A stretch of DNA of 64,000 nt from Coriobacteriia bacterium (GTDB taxonomy: Bacteria; Actinomycetota; Coriobacteriia; Anaerosomatales; SLCP01). Positions within the stretch are counted from its first letter, which is position 1. Each line of letters opens with the position of its first letter. Location: assembly GCA_019429145.1 (NCBI GenBank), contig JAHYJI010000003.1, positions 47 through 64,046 on the forward strand, written 5' to 3'. Under the pieces are notes generated by a model. The model did not search any database and was not told the origin of the DNA. It saw only the letters and a list, made by a program, of their open reading frames with translations. Position numbers and translations under genes: made by a program. Below are positions 24,869-33,721 of this stretch, in pieces.

Positions 24869-24945
24869 GGGCCCGTAGCTCAGTTGGTTAGAGCGCACGG
24901 CTGATAACCGTGAGGTCGTTGGTTCGAATCCAACCGGGCCCACCA
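24869..24945 (+). tRNA. tRNA-Ile (anticodon GAU), CCA encoded
   Basis: Hand-folded cloverleaf. Acceptor GGGCCCG/CGGGCCC, D arm GCTC-AGTTGGTTA-GAGC, anticodon arm CACGG-CTGATAA-CCGTG, T arm GTTGG-TTCGAAT-CCAAC, then ACCA. Confidence 0.9.
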
Positions 24946-25683
24946 TCAAGAACCAGTTCAGGCGGGGCACTCGCCCCATCTGTTTCTGTCGAGAGACAGA
25001 CGTCGTTCGAGATCAAGCCGCCATCCATCACGCGCCGGGCTCACGGTCGAAGCAACCCCTCGACGCTAGATACTCGGCGAACCGCCTGTCCGCGTATCCT
25101 ATGCGGTCGCAGAGCCAGGTGGTCACAAGGCCGCCATCTCGTCTGAGGCATCCTCGAATACGATCGCGTCATGGAGTTCATTGGCGAGCGCAGCCTCAGG
25201 TCTCGGCTGTGAGGCCTCAGTCTGGTTCGACGGTTCACGTTCGAAGAGACCCAGCACGAACTCGCCGAGTTCGACGAATCTCCCCGGCTCCAAGCCCGGT
25301 CAGTTCCCGGAACTCAGGTTGTCGCATACCGATCACGCAGGCGAGGAACAGCGGGGCGACAAAGCGGTGGTCCGCGGGCGGCTGCGCACAAGGTCGACGT
25401 AGAGCATCTGATGCGCCGCGCTGGTTCGTCGAGGCTCAGATTAGCGAAGCCTTCGGCAAGCACGATCTTCGCCATTCGTCATGGCGTCTAGGAGAGGACT
25501 TCGGCGGAATCCACACAAGTGCCACAACCCATCTGGGTATATAGGTGGAGTTGAGCGTGAAAAACTCAAGTTCTGCGCATAGCCGACAGCCAAACGTGGC
25601 TGAGGTCAAGATTGAGGCGATTCCCGGTGCGCGTACAGATTGTTCGTGCCCGCAGACCGAAACACAGATCTCGAGTTCTAAGA

Positions 25684-28600
25684 ATGCGTAAGGGTCCAGC
25701 CACAGTCTGGTTGCTGGTGGCGGTCTTGCTGCTCGGTCAAGTGTCGGTATTCCCCGCCTCGGAGGCCAGCGCATCCGAGCGTTCGTTCGCTGCGGGGTCG
25801 CTCATCATCCCGATGGACACCACCTACCAAAACTACGGTATGTGGAAGGCGTACGGCCTTGTCAACGAGTTGCTGCTTCACGGCATTCCGGTTGCCTGGG
25901 CGATCGCGCCCGACAAGAGCTTTGGCGGGATAGACTTCACCGCCACGACGCAGGATTACCGGACCGCCGCCGGCCCAACCACCGTCAACTACACCGGCGG
26001 GCCGTTCATCATCGAGGCCGCCTTTGCCGCGCAGGCGCAGCCGATCATCCAGGCGTGGTGGGCGAAGTACGCCAACCAGCCAACGGTGCATGAGGCGACC
26101 AGTCCGTTCACGGCGAACGTTGACATCGTCCTCAAGAGCCCGCCCAGGATCGCGCTCGAGGCGACCAACGCGAATATCGCCATGGCCTACTTCAACGCCG
26201 CCGGCATCACGGACTTGGATGGCAACGCGTGGACGACCGCGTCGCCGAATGTCCTGGACCAGCTTGAGATCGTCAACGGTGGGCTCTTCACGCAGGGCGA
26301 CTGCTCGCAGCGCAAGTTCGATATCTTCGTGACGCCGCACAACGGCGGCTACAGCTACTCGCTCACCGACCCCCTCAACCTCGGCACGCGGACGTACGCG
26401 CAGCTGGACTACTTCGTGAATCAAGGCGGCGGCTGGCTCGCGCTGTGCCACTCGATACTCAGCAACGAGAACGCCATCGCCGACCTGTACAACAACAGCA
26501 GCCCCGCCGTGCGTTCCCTGTTCACGGCGAGCGGGGGCGGCGGCTTCCTGACACGGACGGGTTTCACCACCATCGCGAACAAGGCCGGAACCTGGACGGT
26601 CGGCGAGCCTGAGCTCCCGCTCGCGCAGGCGGTGCCCACCACGGTGCTGCAAGCGCTGCCGGGCGGCTCCGTGCAGACGTGGGACCGCACGAGTGTGAGC
26701 TACTTCGACCAGACCGAGCGGGTCGCAAGCTTCATCACTCCCACGAACACCTACGACTGGGCGATCAACGGCGTCGCGCACGACGGCACCACGCTTGGCA
26801 AGGTGACGTTCCTGGGCGGCCACTCCTACGCCACGTCGTTGCCGTACACCTCCAACTACGAAGCGCCGTACCTGCGCTTCTTCTTCAACGCGCTCTTCTT
26901 CAACGGCGGTGCGGTGGCCAAGCTGGATCTGGCCGTGACGTCTCAGGACATCCCGCAGGGCCTGACGTCCGTGGTGGTAGTCAGCCTTCTCAATACGGGC
27001 TCGAGCGTGGCGGAGGGCACGCAAGACGTCACCATCCGGCTGCCGCAGGGCGTCACGTACGTTGAGACGGTTGCGGGTTACCCCGCGCCGCTTTCGGTCA
27101 CGACGGACCCGGTAACGAACGCCACTGTGCTCACATGGGGCAGCTCGTTGGGGAACATCCCGGGCGGGGAGACTGCCACGCAGATCAGGGTCAGTCTGAC
27201 GCCGGACACCCTCGGCGATACCTACTGCGCTCACCTCGACGCGCGATATGGTGACGTCTACGGAGAGTCGTTCACGGCCAGCCTGTGCAGGACCGTGAAC
27301 GTCTATCCGGCCGCCGACCTTGAGATCACCAAGACGCTGAACGCCCCCAGCAGCGAGATGTACGCGGGGTCGCTTGCCGAGTGGACCCTCTCCTTCCGCA
27401 ACACGGGTGATGCGGACCTGCTCGACGGCGTTGTGGAGGACCTGCTGCCTCTGGGGTACGCCTACAAGAGTTCGTCGCTCGCGCCCTCGAGCGTACTGCA
27501 GCAGCCTGACGGCACCACGCGCATCAGATGGAACGTGGGGACGGTCGTCGCCAAGGCGGGCGCCCGGACGATCACGATGTCAGCGTTCGCGCCAAGTGAC
27601 CCCGGGCAGTACACCAACACCGTCACCCTCACGGGACCGGACTGGGCCGGTTTCCTGTACCAAGCCTCCGCGGCCTCCGATGTGGAGGTCATCCCACCAC
27701 CCATCCAATTGCGGAAGTCGGTCTCCCCGGAAGGCGACGTGGAGGTCACCACGCCCGGTCAGGTGCTGACCTACACGCTGCGGCCGCACTACTCGGGCGC
27801 GTATCTCCTGCAGAACGCGCTGGTCTCGGACGCAACGCGCGCCTACACCACCTACGTTGCGGGCAGCGCGAACGCAGGGGGGACGCTGGGGTTCACGCCG
27901 CTGCCCGAGGAGGACGGCGATGACGCGGAGATGCGGATCGCGCTGACCGCCAGCCCCACAGCGGTGCCGCTGGGCGGCGAGGTCACCGTCACCATGACCT
28001 TGACCAACAAGACCGGCACGGCACGGACACTGGACCTGTCCGTCTTAGAGGCGCTGGACGGAGCGACCCTCACCGGCCCGACCAGTGCGACCGTGGCGGC
28101 GAACTCGACATTCACGCTCACCTACACGGCCACGATGACGTCCATCGGCGAGCGTGTGTTCGAGGCGCAGGCGGAGAACGTGACCCTCGACTACAGCTCG
28201 CATGTCGCTCTCTCGAACACCGTACTGGTGACGAGCCACCTGAACGCATCGCCCTCGAACGACGTCGTCACGTGGCGCCTGGGGAGCAACACGCCTCCGG
28301 TGCCCGGCGAGACCATCCTCACCGGCTATCCGGCCGGTGTGTATGCGTTCCGGGGCGGGAACAAGAAGGAGTTCTCGAAGTACCGGCAGGCGACTGACGT
28401 GTGGCAGTTGGAGGCGCAGCCCACCAACGGCATCGAGAAGGGCGGCGCGCTCACGGTCGACAGCGCCACGGGAACCATCTACGCCAGCGAGGGCAACTCG
28501 AAGTGGTTCTACGAGTACAGCATCACCACGAACACCTGGACCCGCTTGACCGATGCTTCCGCGAACTTCAACGAGGGCGGAGGGATCCAGTTCCTGCAGG

Positions 28601-30849
28601 TGGGCGGCGTGAAGTACGTCTTCGCCGTGCTGGGCAACGGCACCGCCTTCAGGCGCTACAACATCGCCACCGACAACTGGACCAACCTGGCCAACGTGCC
28701 GGTCACCGTCAAGCGCGGCGGTGCGATCACCACCGACGGCACGTATCTGTACGTCCTGCAGGGCGACGGCAAGAAGGGCTTCTACCGCTACGACGTGAGC
28801 GCCAACACGTGGACCGCGATGGCGCCCACGCCCGCCAATGTCAGCTGGGGAGGCGCGCTCACCAGCGTGGACACCAACGGCGACGGGGCGATCGACTCCA
28901 TCTACGCGCTGCAGGGCGACGGCAAGACGGGCTTCTGGCGCTACAGCATCGCCACCAACACGTGGACGGCGATGGCGGTGACCCCTGGTGCGGTCAAGGC
29001 CGGCGGCGCACTCACCAACGACGGCCAGTACATCTACGCGCTCCAGGGAGGCACGGCTCTGTTCTGGGGCTACTCCGTCGCGGACAATGCGTGGACGGCA
29101 CTCCAGCCGACCAACTTCACCGGGTCGGTGGGAGAAGGCGGTGCGCTCGTCTTCGATCCCGGCGTGAGCCCCACGGGCTATTTCACGCAGATGAGCGCCA
29201 GCGCAGCGCTCATCACGTCCGAGGAGACCATCACGGTCCAGCTGGCGGCCTCATCGTCGTACAGCGTGGGCGGCGTCGTCCCCGGTCCGATGACGATCAC
29301 CTCGACGGGGGGCGCTTCCGCGGTCCTCGTGAGCGGCCCGACACTGGTCAGCGCGGACGATCATACGAGTGGCATCAGCGACTACGTCGTCTACGAGTGG
29401 GTCTACCGTGGCATGGCGGGGTCGGGCCCCGGCACCCTCACCTTCGTCGCCGGGGCCACGGGCACCAGCCCGGACTCGACGTTCCCGGAGGCGAAGACGC
29501 TCGGGATCATCGTCTCTCCGGAGCTGACGTTTCAAGTGCGGGTGTTCGACGCGGACCAGGTCCCCGACTACGAGACCCAGATTGTGAACACGGGCATGAT
29601 CAGCGACCGTGCTGCCCTCGGCTACGGACTTAACTCCAACGCGGTGACGAACATGCTCATCAGGCCCCGGCTGAGCATCGCCAAGTCCAACGACCCCATG
29701 GGCCTGGTGCATCAGGGTGATGAGATCACCTATAGGGTCGTCATCAGGAACGACGGGACCGGCCCTGCGCACAACATCGTGATCACTGACCCGATACCGC
29801 AGTACACGACCTACGTGCCGGGAAGCGCGGCGATCCAGAGCACGGACGTGCAGAGCGTCGGTCAGGTGACGGAACCGGCAGATCCGGGCAGTCCGCTTCT
29901 GGCCACGCTGGACAGGCTCGGCTCCGACCAGTCCGCAACGCTCACGTTCCGCGTGCGTGTCGACGACGGTCTTTCGCCGGGCTCCTACCAGATCCCCAAC
30001 ACGGCCACCGTGACGGCGGCCATCGTACCGCCGCTCACCAGCAACACCGTCAACAACCAGGTCGACGTCGTGCCGTCGTTCTCCCTCGAGAAGATCGCAA
30101 GCGTCGAACGGGTCACCAATGTCGGCGAGGCCATCGAGTACACGGTCCTCGTCACCAACACCGGCGACGCGGCGTTGCACAACCTCACCGTCAATGACCC
30201 GATGCTGCCCGGCCTCGCGCCTGTCCTGGGTACCGACGCGGTCCACAACGTCGGCGACATCGACAACGACGGCGTCCTCGACGTGATGGAGATGTGGTAC
30301 TTCACCGGCAGCTACACCGTGACCGAGTCGGACATCGACAACGGCCCTGAGGGCTACACGATGCTCACGAACACGGTCACCGCGGACACCGACGAGACCG
30401 ACCCCGAGACGGCCTCGGCCGATGTGATGCTGGACATCGCGTTCTCGTCGCTCACCATCGCCAAGAGCGTGCTCCCCGGGGCCGGCTACGACACCCCGGA
30501 TCAGGCGACCCCGTTCATCATCCGCGTCGTCAATGAAGAGCGGGGCTACTCGACGGACGTGGTTCTCACCGACGGACAGGCCGTGGAGGTCATGGCCCCC
30601 AGGGGCACCTTCTCCATCAAGGAGATCGCGGTCCCCGTGGAGTACCGTCTGACCGGCGACGTCACGGTCACGCGGTACGTGGACGGAGTGCCGCAGGAGT
30701 CATTCGCGCTCGGCAGCGACAGCCTTCTGGACGTCCAGCCGGGCAGCGACTACCGGGTGACCTTCACCAACCGGTTCGAGCACCTTCTGTACTTCCACAG
30801 CTCCTCGCGCGCCGTGAACACGTTCGCGCCAGGAGGGGTGCTGCCATGA
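25684..30849 (+). CDS. Giant secreted surface protein: signal peptide, ~440-aa N-terminal domain, DUF11-type repeats, six-bladed Kelch-like propeller, more DUF11 repeats, C-terminal prealbumin/SpaA-like domain; no anchor
   Basis: Start moved to Met25 (MRKGPATVWLLVAVLLLGQVSVFPASEASA|SE, Sec signal). DUF11-like units: LEITKT...FRNTGDADL...YTNTVTLTG, LSIAKSNDP...VIRNDGTGPAHNIVITD, FSLEKIASV...LVTNTGDAALHNLTVND. C-terminus ...VTFTNRFEHLLYFHSSSRAVNTFAPGGVLP has no LPXTG or TM segment. Confidence 0.85.
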   Translation: MRKGPATVWLLVAVLLLGQVSVFPASEASASERSFAAGSLIIPMDTTYQNYGMWKAYGLVNELLLHGIPVAWAIAPDKSFGGIDFTATTQDYRTAAGPTTVNYTGGPFIIEAAFAAQAQPIIQAWWAKYANQPTVHEATSPFTANVDIVLKSPPRIALEATNANIAMAYFNAAGITDLDGNAWTTASPNVLDQLEIVNGGLFTQGDCSQRKFDIFVTPHNGGYSYSLTDPLNLGTRTYAQLDYFVNQGGGWLALCHSILSNENAIADLYNNSSPAVRSLFTASGGGGFLTRTGFTTIANKAGTWTVGEPELPLAQAVPTTVLQALPGGSVQTWDRTSVSYFDQTERVASFITPTNTYDWAINGVAHDGTTLGKVTFLGGHSYATSLPYTSNYEAPYLRFFFNALFFNGGAVAKLDLAVTSQDIPQGLTSVVVVSLLNTGSSVAEGTQDVTIRLPQGVTYVETVAGYPAPLSVTTDPVTNATVLTWGSSLGNIPGGETATQIRVSLTPDTLGDTYCAHLDARYGDVYGESFTASLCRTVNVYPAADLEITKTLNAPSSEMYAGSLAEWTLSFRNTGDADLLDGVVEDLLPLGYAYKSSSLAPSSVLQQPDGTTRIRWNVGTVVAKAGARTITMSAFAPSDPGQYTNTVTLTGPDWAGFLYQASAASDVEVIPPPIQLRKSVSPEGDVEVTTPGQVLTYTLRPHYSGAYLLQNALVSDATRAYTTYVAGSANAGGTLGFTPLPEEDGDDAEMRIALTASPTAVPLGGEVTVTMTLTNKTGTARTLDLSVLEALDGATLTGPTSATVAANSTFTLTYTATMTSIGERVFEAQAENVTLDYSSHVALSNTVLVTSHLNASPSNDVVTWRLGSNTPPVPGETILTGYPAGVYAFRGGNKKEFSKYRQATDVWQLEAQPTNGIEKGGALTVDSATGTIYASEGNSKWFYEYSITTNTWTRLTDASANFNEGGGIQFLQVGGVKYVFAVLGNGTAFRRYNIATDNWTNLANVPVTVKRGGAITTDGTYLYVLQGDGKKGFYRYDVSANTWTAMAPTPANVSWGGALTSVDTNGDGAIDSIYALQGDGKTGFWRYSIATNTWTAMAVTPGAVKAGGALTNDGQYIYALQGGTALFWGYSVADNAWTALQPTNFTGSVGEGGALVFDPGVSPTGYFTQMSASAALITSEETITVQLAASSSYSVGGVVPGPMTITSTGGASAVLVSGPTLVSADDHTSGISDYVVYEWVYRGMAGSGPGTLTFVAGATGTSPDSTFPEAKTLGIIVSPELTFQVRVFDADQVPDYETQIVNTGMISDRAALGYGLNSNAVTNMLIRPRLSIAKSNDPMGLVHQGDEITYRVVIRNDGTGPAHNIVITDPIPQYTTYVPGSAAIQSTDVQSVGQVTEPADPGSPLLATLDRLGSDQSATLTFRVRVDDGLSPGSYQIPNTATVTAAIVPPLTSNTVNNQVDVVPSFSLEKIASVERVTNVGEAIEYTVLVTNTGDAALHNLTVNDPMLPGLAPVLGTDAVHNVGDIDNDGVLDVMEMWYFTGSYTVTESDIDNGPEGYTMLTNTVTADTDETDPETASADVMLDIAFSSLTIAKSVLPGAGYDTPDQATPFIIRVVNEERGYSTDVVLTDGQAVEVMAPRGTFSIKEIAVPVEYRLTGDVTVTRYVDGVPQESFALGSDSLLDVQPGSDYRVTFTNRFEHLLYFHSSSRAVNTFAPGGVLP
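28336..29200 (+). repeat. Six tandem ~45-50-aa Kelch-like repeats inside the giant CDS
   Basis: Repeating GGA(L/I)T..dg..(I/L)YA(L/S)(Q/E)G.g...F.RY.i.TNTWT....P. Examples: GGALTVDSATGTIYASEG..., GGAITTDGTYLYVLQGDGKKGFYRYDVSANTWTAMAP, GGALTNDGQYIYALQGGTALFWGYSVADNAWTALQP. Confidence 0.7.
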
Positions 30850-31535
30850 CGTCCAGAGGCCGCCATCCCGTGAGCGTTCGTGTGGTCGCCCTGGGCGCCG
30901 TCATGCTCGTGCTGGGGGCCGGCTTCGCGTACGCCGTGATTGCCAGCCGTGCACTCAACACGGTGACCACGCCGGCGCTCACGGTGGCCGTCGAGGAAGG
31001 AACCGATGGTGAGCACTACGAGGGATGGACCGACCCCGGCACCCAGTGGGGTGCGACGGTTCCCAAGTACGTCCGCTTCACCAACACCGGCCAGGCCCAC
31101 GTGGTCATGCGCGTCAGCTACGCACAGGCGTGGACGCTCGAGACCACCGAGGGCGGCGTTCCCGTCACGAAGCAGCTCAGCAACACCTACCGGACGGAGA
31201 CGGCCGAGTACGCGGTCGCCACACTCGACTGGACGTCTGCCGGCCTTCTCAACACCGACCTGTGGTTCGACGGCGGTGACGGCTGGTACTACTACCGGCA
31301 CGTGTTGGCGCCGGGCGAGAGCTCTGACGCCGTGCTGGCTTCGGTGACCTTCGTGGAGCCGGCACCGTACGGGTACGACGGTGCCGAGTACCAGCTCCGC
31401 TTCATCACCGAATCCTGCCAGTACAGCACGAACCTCCTGAACAAGAACCAGGAGGCGGTCTGGACGACGTTCGGCATGACCTACGAGGAAGTCGGCGGGG
31501 CGCTGGTCTGGAGCCAGACCGCGCCGGGCGTGTGA
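30846..31535 (+). CDS. TasA/camelysin-like SipW-dependent exported protein, paralog 1
   Basis: 229 aa. N-terminal VVALGAVMLVLGAGFAYAVIAS, core VPKYVRFTNTGQAHVVMRVSY, GGDGWYYYRHVLAPGES and YQLRFITESCQ. The ATG overlaps the stop of the giant gene (ATGA). Confidence 0.7.
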   Translation: MTSRGRHPVSVRVVALGAVMLVLGAGFAYAVIASRALNTVTTPALTVAVEEGTDGEHYEGWTDPGTQWGATVPKYVRFTNTGQAHVVMRVSYAQAWTLETTEGGVPVTKQLSNTYRTETAEYAVATLDWTSAGLLNTDLWFDGGDGWYYYRHVLAPGESSDAVLASVTFVEPAPYGYDGAEYQLRFITESCQYSTNLLNKNQEAVWTTFGMTYEEVGGALVWSQTAPGV

Positions 31536-31564
31536 GCGCCGGGCAGCAAGGGGCGAGAGACGCG

Positions 31565-32176
31565 ATGGGCAAGCACAGGAAATGCGGCAACAACTGGTTC
31601 ATGAAGCTGCTGCTGGCATGCTTCGTGGGCCTCACGCTTGCCGCGATCTCCTACACGCTCGCGTTCTTCACCGACGAGGGCTCGGCGGAGAACTTCATCA
31701 CCGCGCGGTCCCACAACGTGGCCCTTGTCGACCTCTTCGACAAAGGCCAGTTCACGCTTCCGGGCGACACCGTGCCCAAGGTGGTCTACATGCGCAACAC
31801 GGGTGGCGCAAAGGCCGTGATCCGGATGCGCCTGACGCCGTCGTGGGACCCGGCACAGGCGGGCGAGTACGTCCTCGACCCCGCGGTCGTGACCGTTCAC
31901 CTGGGCGAGACGGTGGCAAGCGACTGGACGTTCTACGACGGCTGGTACTACTACAACCACATCCTGGAGCCGGGCGACGCCACCGGCCATCTGGTGGAAG
32001 CGATCGAGCTGGGCGTGGTTGCTAACGACGCGCACGCCGCGGACTACTCGGGGGCTTCGTACACGCTGGACGTGGAGGGCGAGTCGCTCCGGGCGGACGC
32101 AACCCTGACGCAGGACGAGTGGAACATCGGCTTCCAGGTTGACGCGGGCACCGCGATCACCTGGCTGACACCCTAG
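31565..32176 (+). CDS. TasA/camelysin-like SipW-dependent exported protein, paralog 2
   Basis: From ATG 31565: MGKHRKCGNNWFMKLLLACFVGLTLAAISYTLAFFTDEGSAENFIT. Core VPKVVYMRNTGGAKAVIRMRL, YDGWYYYNHILEPGDA, YTLDVEGESLRA. Confidence 0.75.
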   Translation: MGKHRKCGNNWFMKLLLACFVGLTLAAISYTLAFFTDEGSAENFITARSHNVALVDLFDKGQFTLPGDTVPKVVYMRNTGGAKAVIRMRLTPSWDPAQAGEYVLDPAVVTVHLGETVASDWTFYDGWYYYNHILEPGDATGHLVEAIELGVVANDAHAADYSGASYTLDVEGESLRADATLTQDEWNIGFQVDAGTAITWLTP

Positions 32177-32184
32177 GAGGCGAC

Positions 32185-32691
32185 TTGAAGATCGTTGGCG
32201 GCGTCATCAACGTACTGACTGCACTCGCGTATGTGGTGGTGGTGTTCGTCCTCGTCATCGCGGCGCCGCTTGCGCTCGGCTACAACCCGGTGGTCGTGCT
32301 GAGCGGGAGCATGGAGCCCACCTACAAGGTGGGGAGCGTCATCTACTACAAGCAGGTGGCGTTCGACGACATCCAGGTGGGCGACGTCATCACCTACAAG
32401 TCCCGGGACGACGTTGGCAACGCGGTCACCCACCGCGTGCACGCCATCAACGAGGCCGAGCGGACGCTCACGCTCAAGGGGGACGCCAACCCCTCGCCCG
32501 ACCCAAGCGCGATCCCCTACGGAATGGTGCAGGGGGAGGTGATGCTGTACGAGCTGCCCTACGTCGGCTACATGGTCCAGTACCTGCGCAACTACTACTT
32601 CATTGCGGCGCTGTTCGTGGTGTTCGTCGCCAAACTGCTCTACGACCGGCTCTCAGGAGGCAAGGCAGATGCAGAAGAGGAGTCTCAATAG
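32185..32691 (+). CDS. sipW: Signal peptidase I, SipW/archaeal-ER type (S26B)
   Basis: 168 aa with N-terminal TM helix, catalytic VVLSGSMEPTYKVGS, VTHRV, LKGDANPSPD, and a C-terminal TM helix. TTG start 4 nt after AGGAGG (32175-32180). Confidence 0.85.
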   Translation: MKIVGGVINVLTALAYVVVVFVLVIAAPLALGYNPVVVLSGSMEPTYKVGSVIYYKQVAFDDIQVGDVITYKSRDDVGNAVTHRVHAINEAERTLTLKGDANPSPDPSAIPYGMVQGEVMLYELPYVGYMVQYLRNYYFIAALFVVFVAKLLYDRLSGGKADAEEESQ

Positions 32692-32824
32692 CAGCCGAGC
32701 CTCGCGTGTGGGGTCGCTGCTCCGGCAGCGCACCGTAAGGGGGGTGATGCGGGCGCACACGTGAGGATCGATCCATGGCACCAGACTGAACCGTATGCAC
32801 GAATGGACTGAAGGAAGGATCATC

Positions 32825-33625
32825 ATGCGTAAGATCAAGAAGTCGCTGCCGCTGTTCGGCATGATCGCGCTGGTTGTCGCGATCGCCATCGGTGGCACCT
32901 TCGCCTACTTCTCCCAGACGGGAACGGCGGAGAACTACCTGACCACGATGACCTACGACTCGACCATCACGGAAGACTTCACCCCGCCGGCCGACGGCGC
33001 GTTCGCCCCGGACGTCGAGATCGACAAGGAGGTGGGCGTCACCAACACCGGCGAGATTCCGTTCCTCGTCCGCATCAAGTACGAAGAGGCTTGGAACGGT
33101 ACCCCCGTGTCGCTCACCTACGCCGACGCGGTCAACACCCCGTCGGGTTCGGAAGTCTGGATCTACGACGGCGACACCGAGGACGACTCGGTCGTCAAGA
33201 AGATCAAGTACGGCGAGACCGCCGGCTGGACCTACGGTGGCGACGGTTACTACTACTACCTGGCCGAACTGGATCCGGGCCAGACCGCGCCGAGCTTCAT
33301 CGACTCCATCATGCTGAAGGCGTCGACCGTCAACGAGGACACCAGCTGGGTGCTGACGTGGTGGGACGGCACCGCCGCGGACTACGTCGATGAGACCTTC
33401 ACGAGCCAGGGCGCAGTCGACGATCGCAAGGCTGCAATCATGCTCATGGAAGACGGATCGTATCTCGTCAACGTCATCGAGAACACGAAGACCACGCTCG
33501 ACATGGAGGGCGGCTACACGCTGACCTTCACGATGGAGACCGTCCAGGCCATCGAAGAGGGCGCGGATTCGTGGACGACCCCGACCGTTACAGACGTCAT
33601 TACGTTCCTCGGCGGCGTTCTGTAG
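32825..33625 (+). CDS. TasA/camelysin-like SipW-dependent exported protein, paralog 3 (candidate major subunit)
   Basis: From ATG 32825: MRKIKKSLPLFGMIALVVAIAIGGTFAYFSQTGTAENYLTT. Core DKEVGVTNTGEIPFLVRIKY, GGDGYYYYLAELDPGQT, YTLTFTMETVQA. It has its own 130-bp upstream gap and is followed by strong hairpins. Confidence 0.75.
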   Translation: MRKIKKSLPLFGMIALVVAIAIGGTFAYFSQTGTAENYLTTMTYDSTITEDFTPPADGAFAPDVEIDKEVGVTNTGEIPFLVRIKYEEAWNGTPVSLTYADAVNTPSGSEVWIYDGDTEDDSVVKKIKYGETAGWTYGGDGYYYYLAELDPGQTAPSFIDSIMLKASTVNEDTSWVLTWWDGTAADYVDETFTSQGAVDDRKAAIMLMEDGSYLVNVIENTKTTLDMEGGYTLTFTMETVQAIEEGADSWTTPTVTDVITFLGGVL

Positions 33626-33662
33626 TCAGCCCCTTAGGGGCTAGTCGCTCTTACGAGTGGTG

Positions 33663-33692
33663 GCACCCGGTGGCGCTTGCGCCACCGGGTGC
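33663..33692 (+). terminator. 13-bp perfect hairpin after paralog 3 (terminator/attenuator candidate)
   Basis: GCACCCGGTGGCG-cttg-CGCCACCGGGTGC, preceded by a smaller hairpin AGCCCC-tta-GGGGCT (33628-33642). No U-tract. The next gene starts 30 nt later. Confidence 0.55.
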
Positions 33693-33721
33693 GCCCCGGA
33701 AGATCCAGGAGGGGAGGTGCC

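Noticed and set aside
25041-25774. Small ORFs next to tRNA-Ile (25041-25238 -, 25101-25544 +, 25181-25402 +, 25436-25774 -) as possible integrase or regulator genes
   Set aside because: They are mutually overlapping and Arg/Ser/Pro-rich, with no catalytic R..HxxR..Y pattern. They are treated as non-coding or decayed sequence (see finding).
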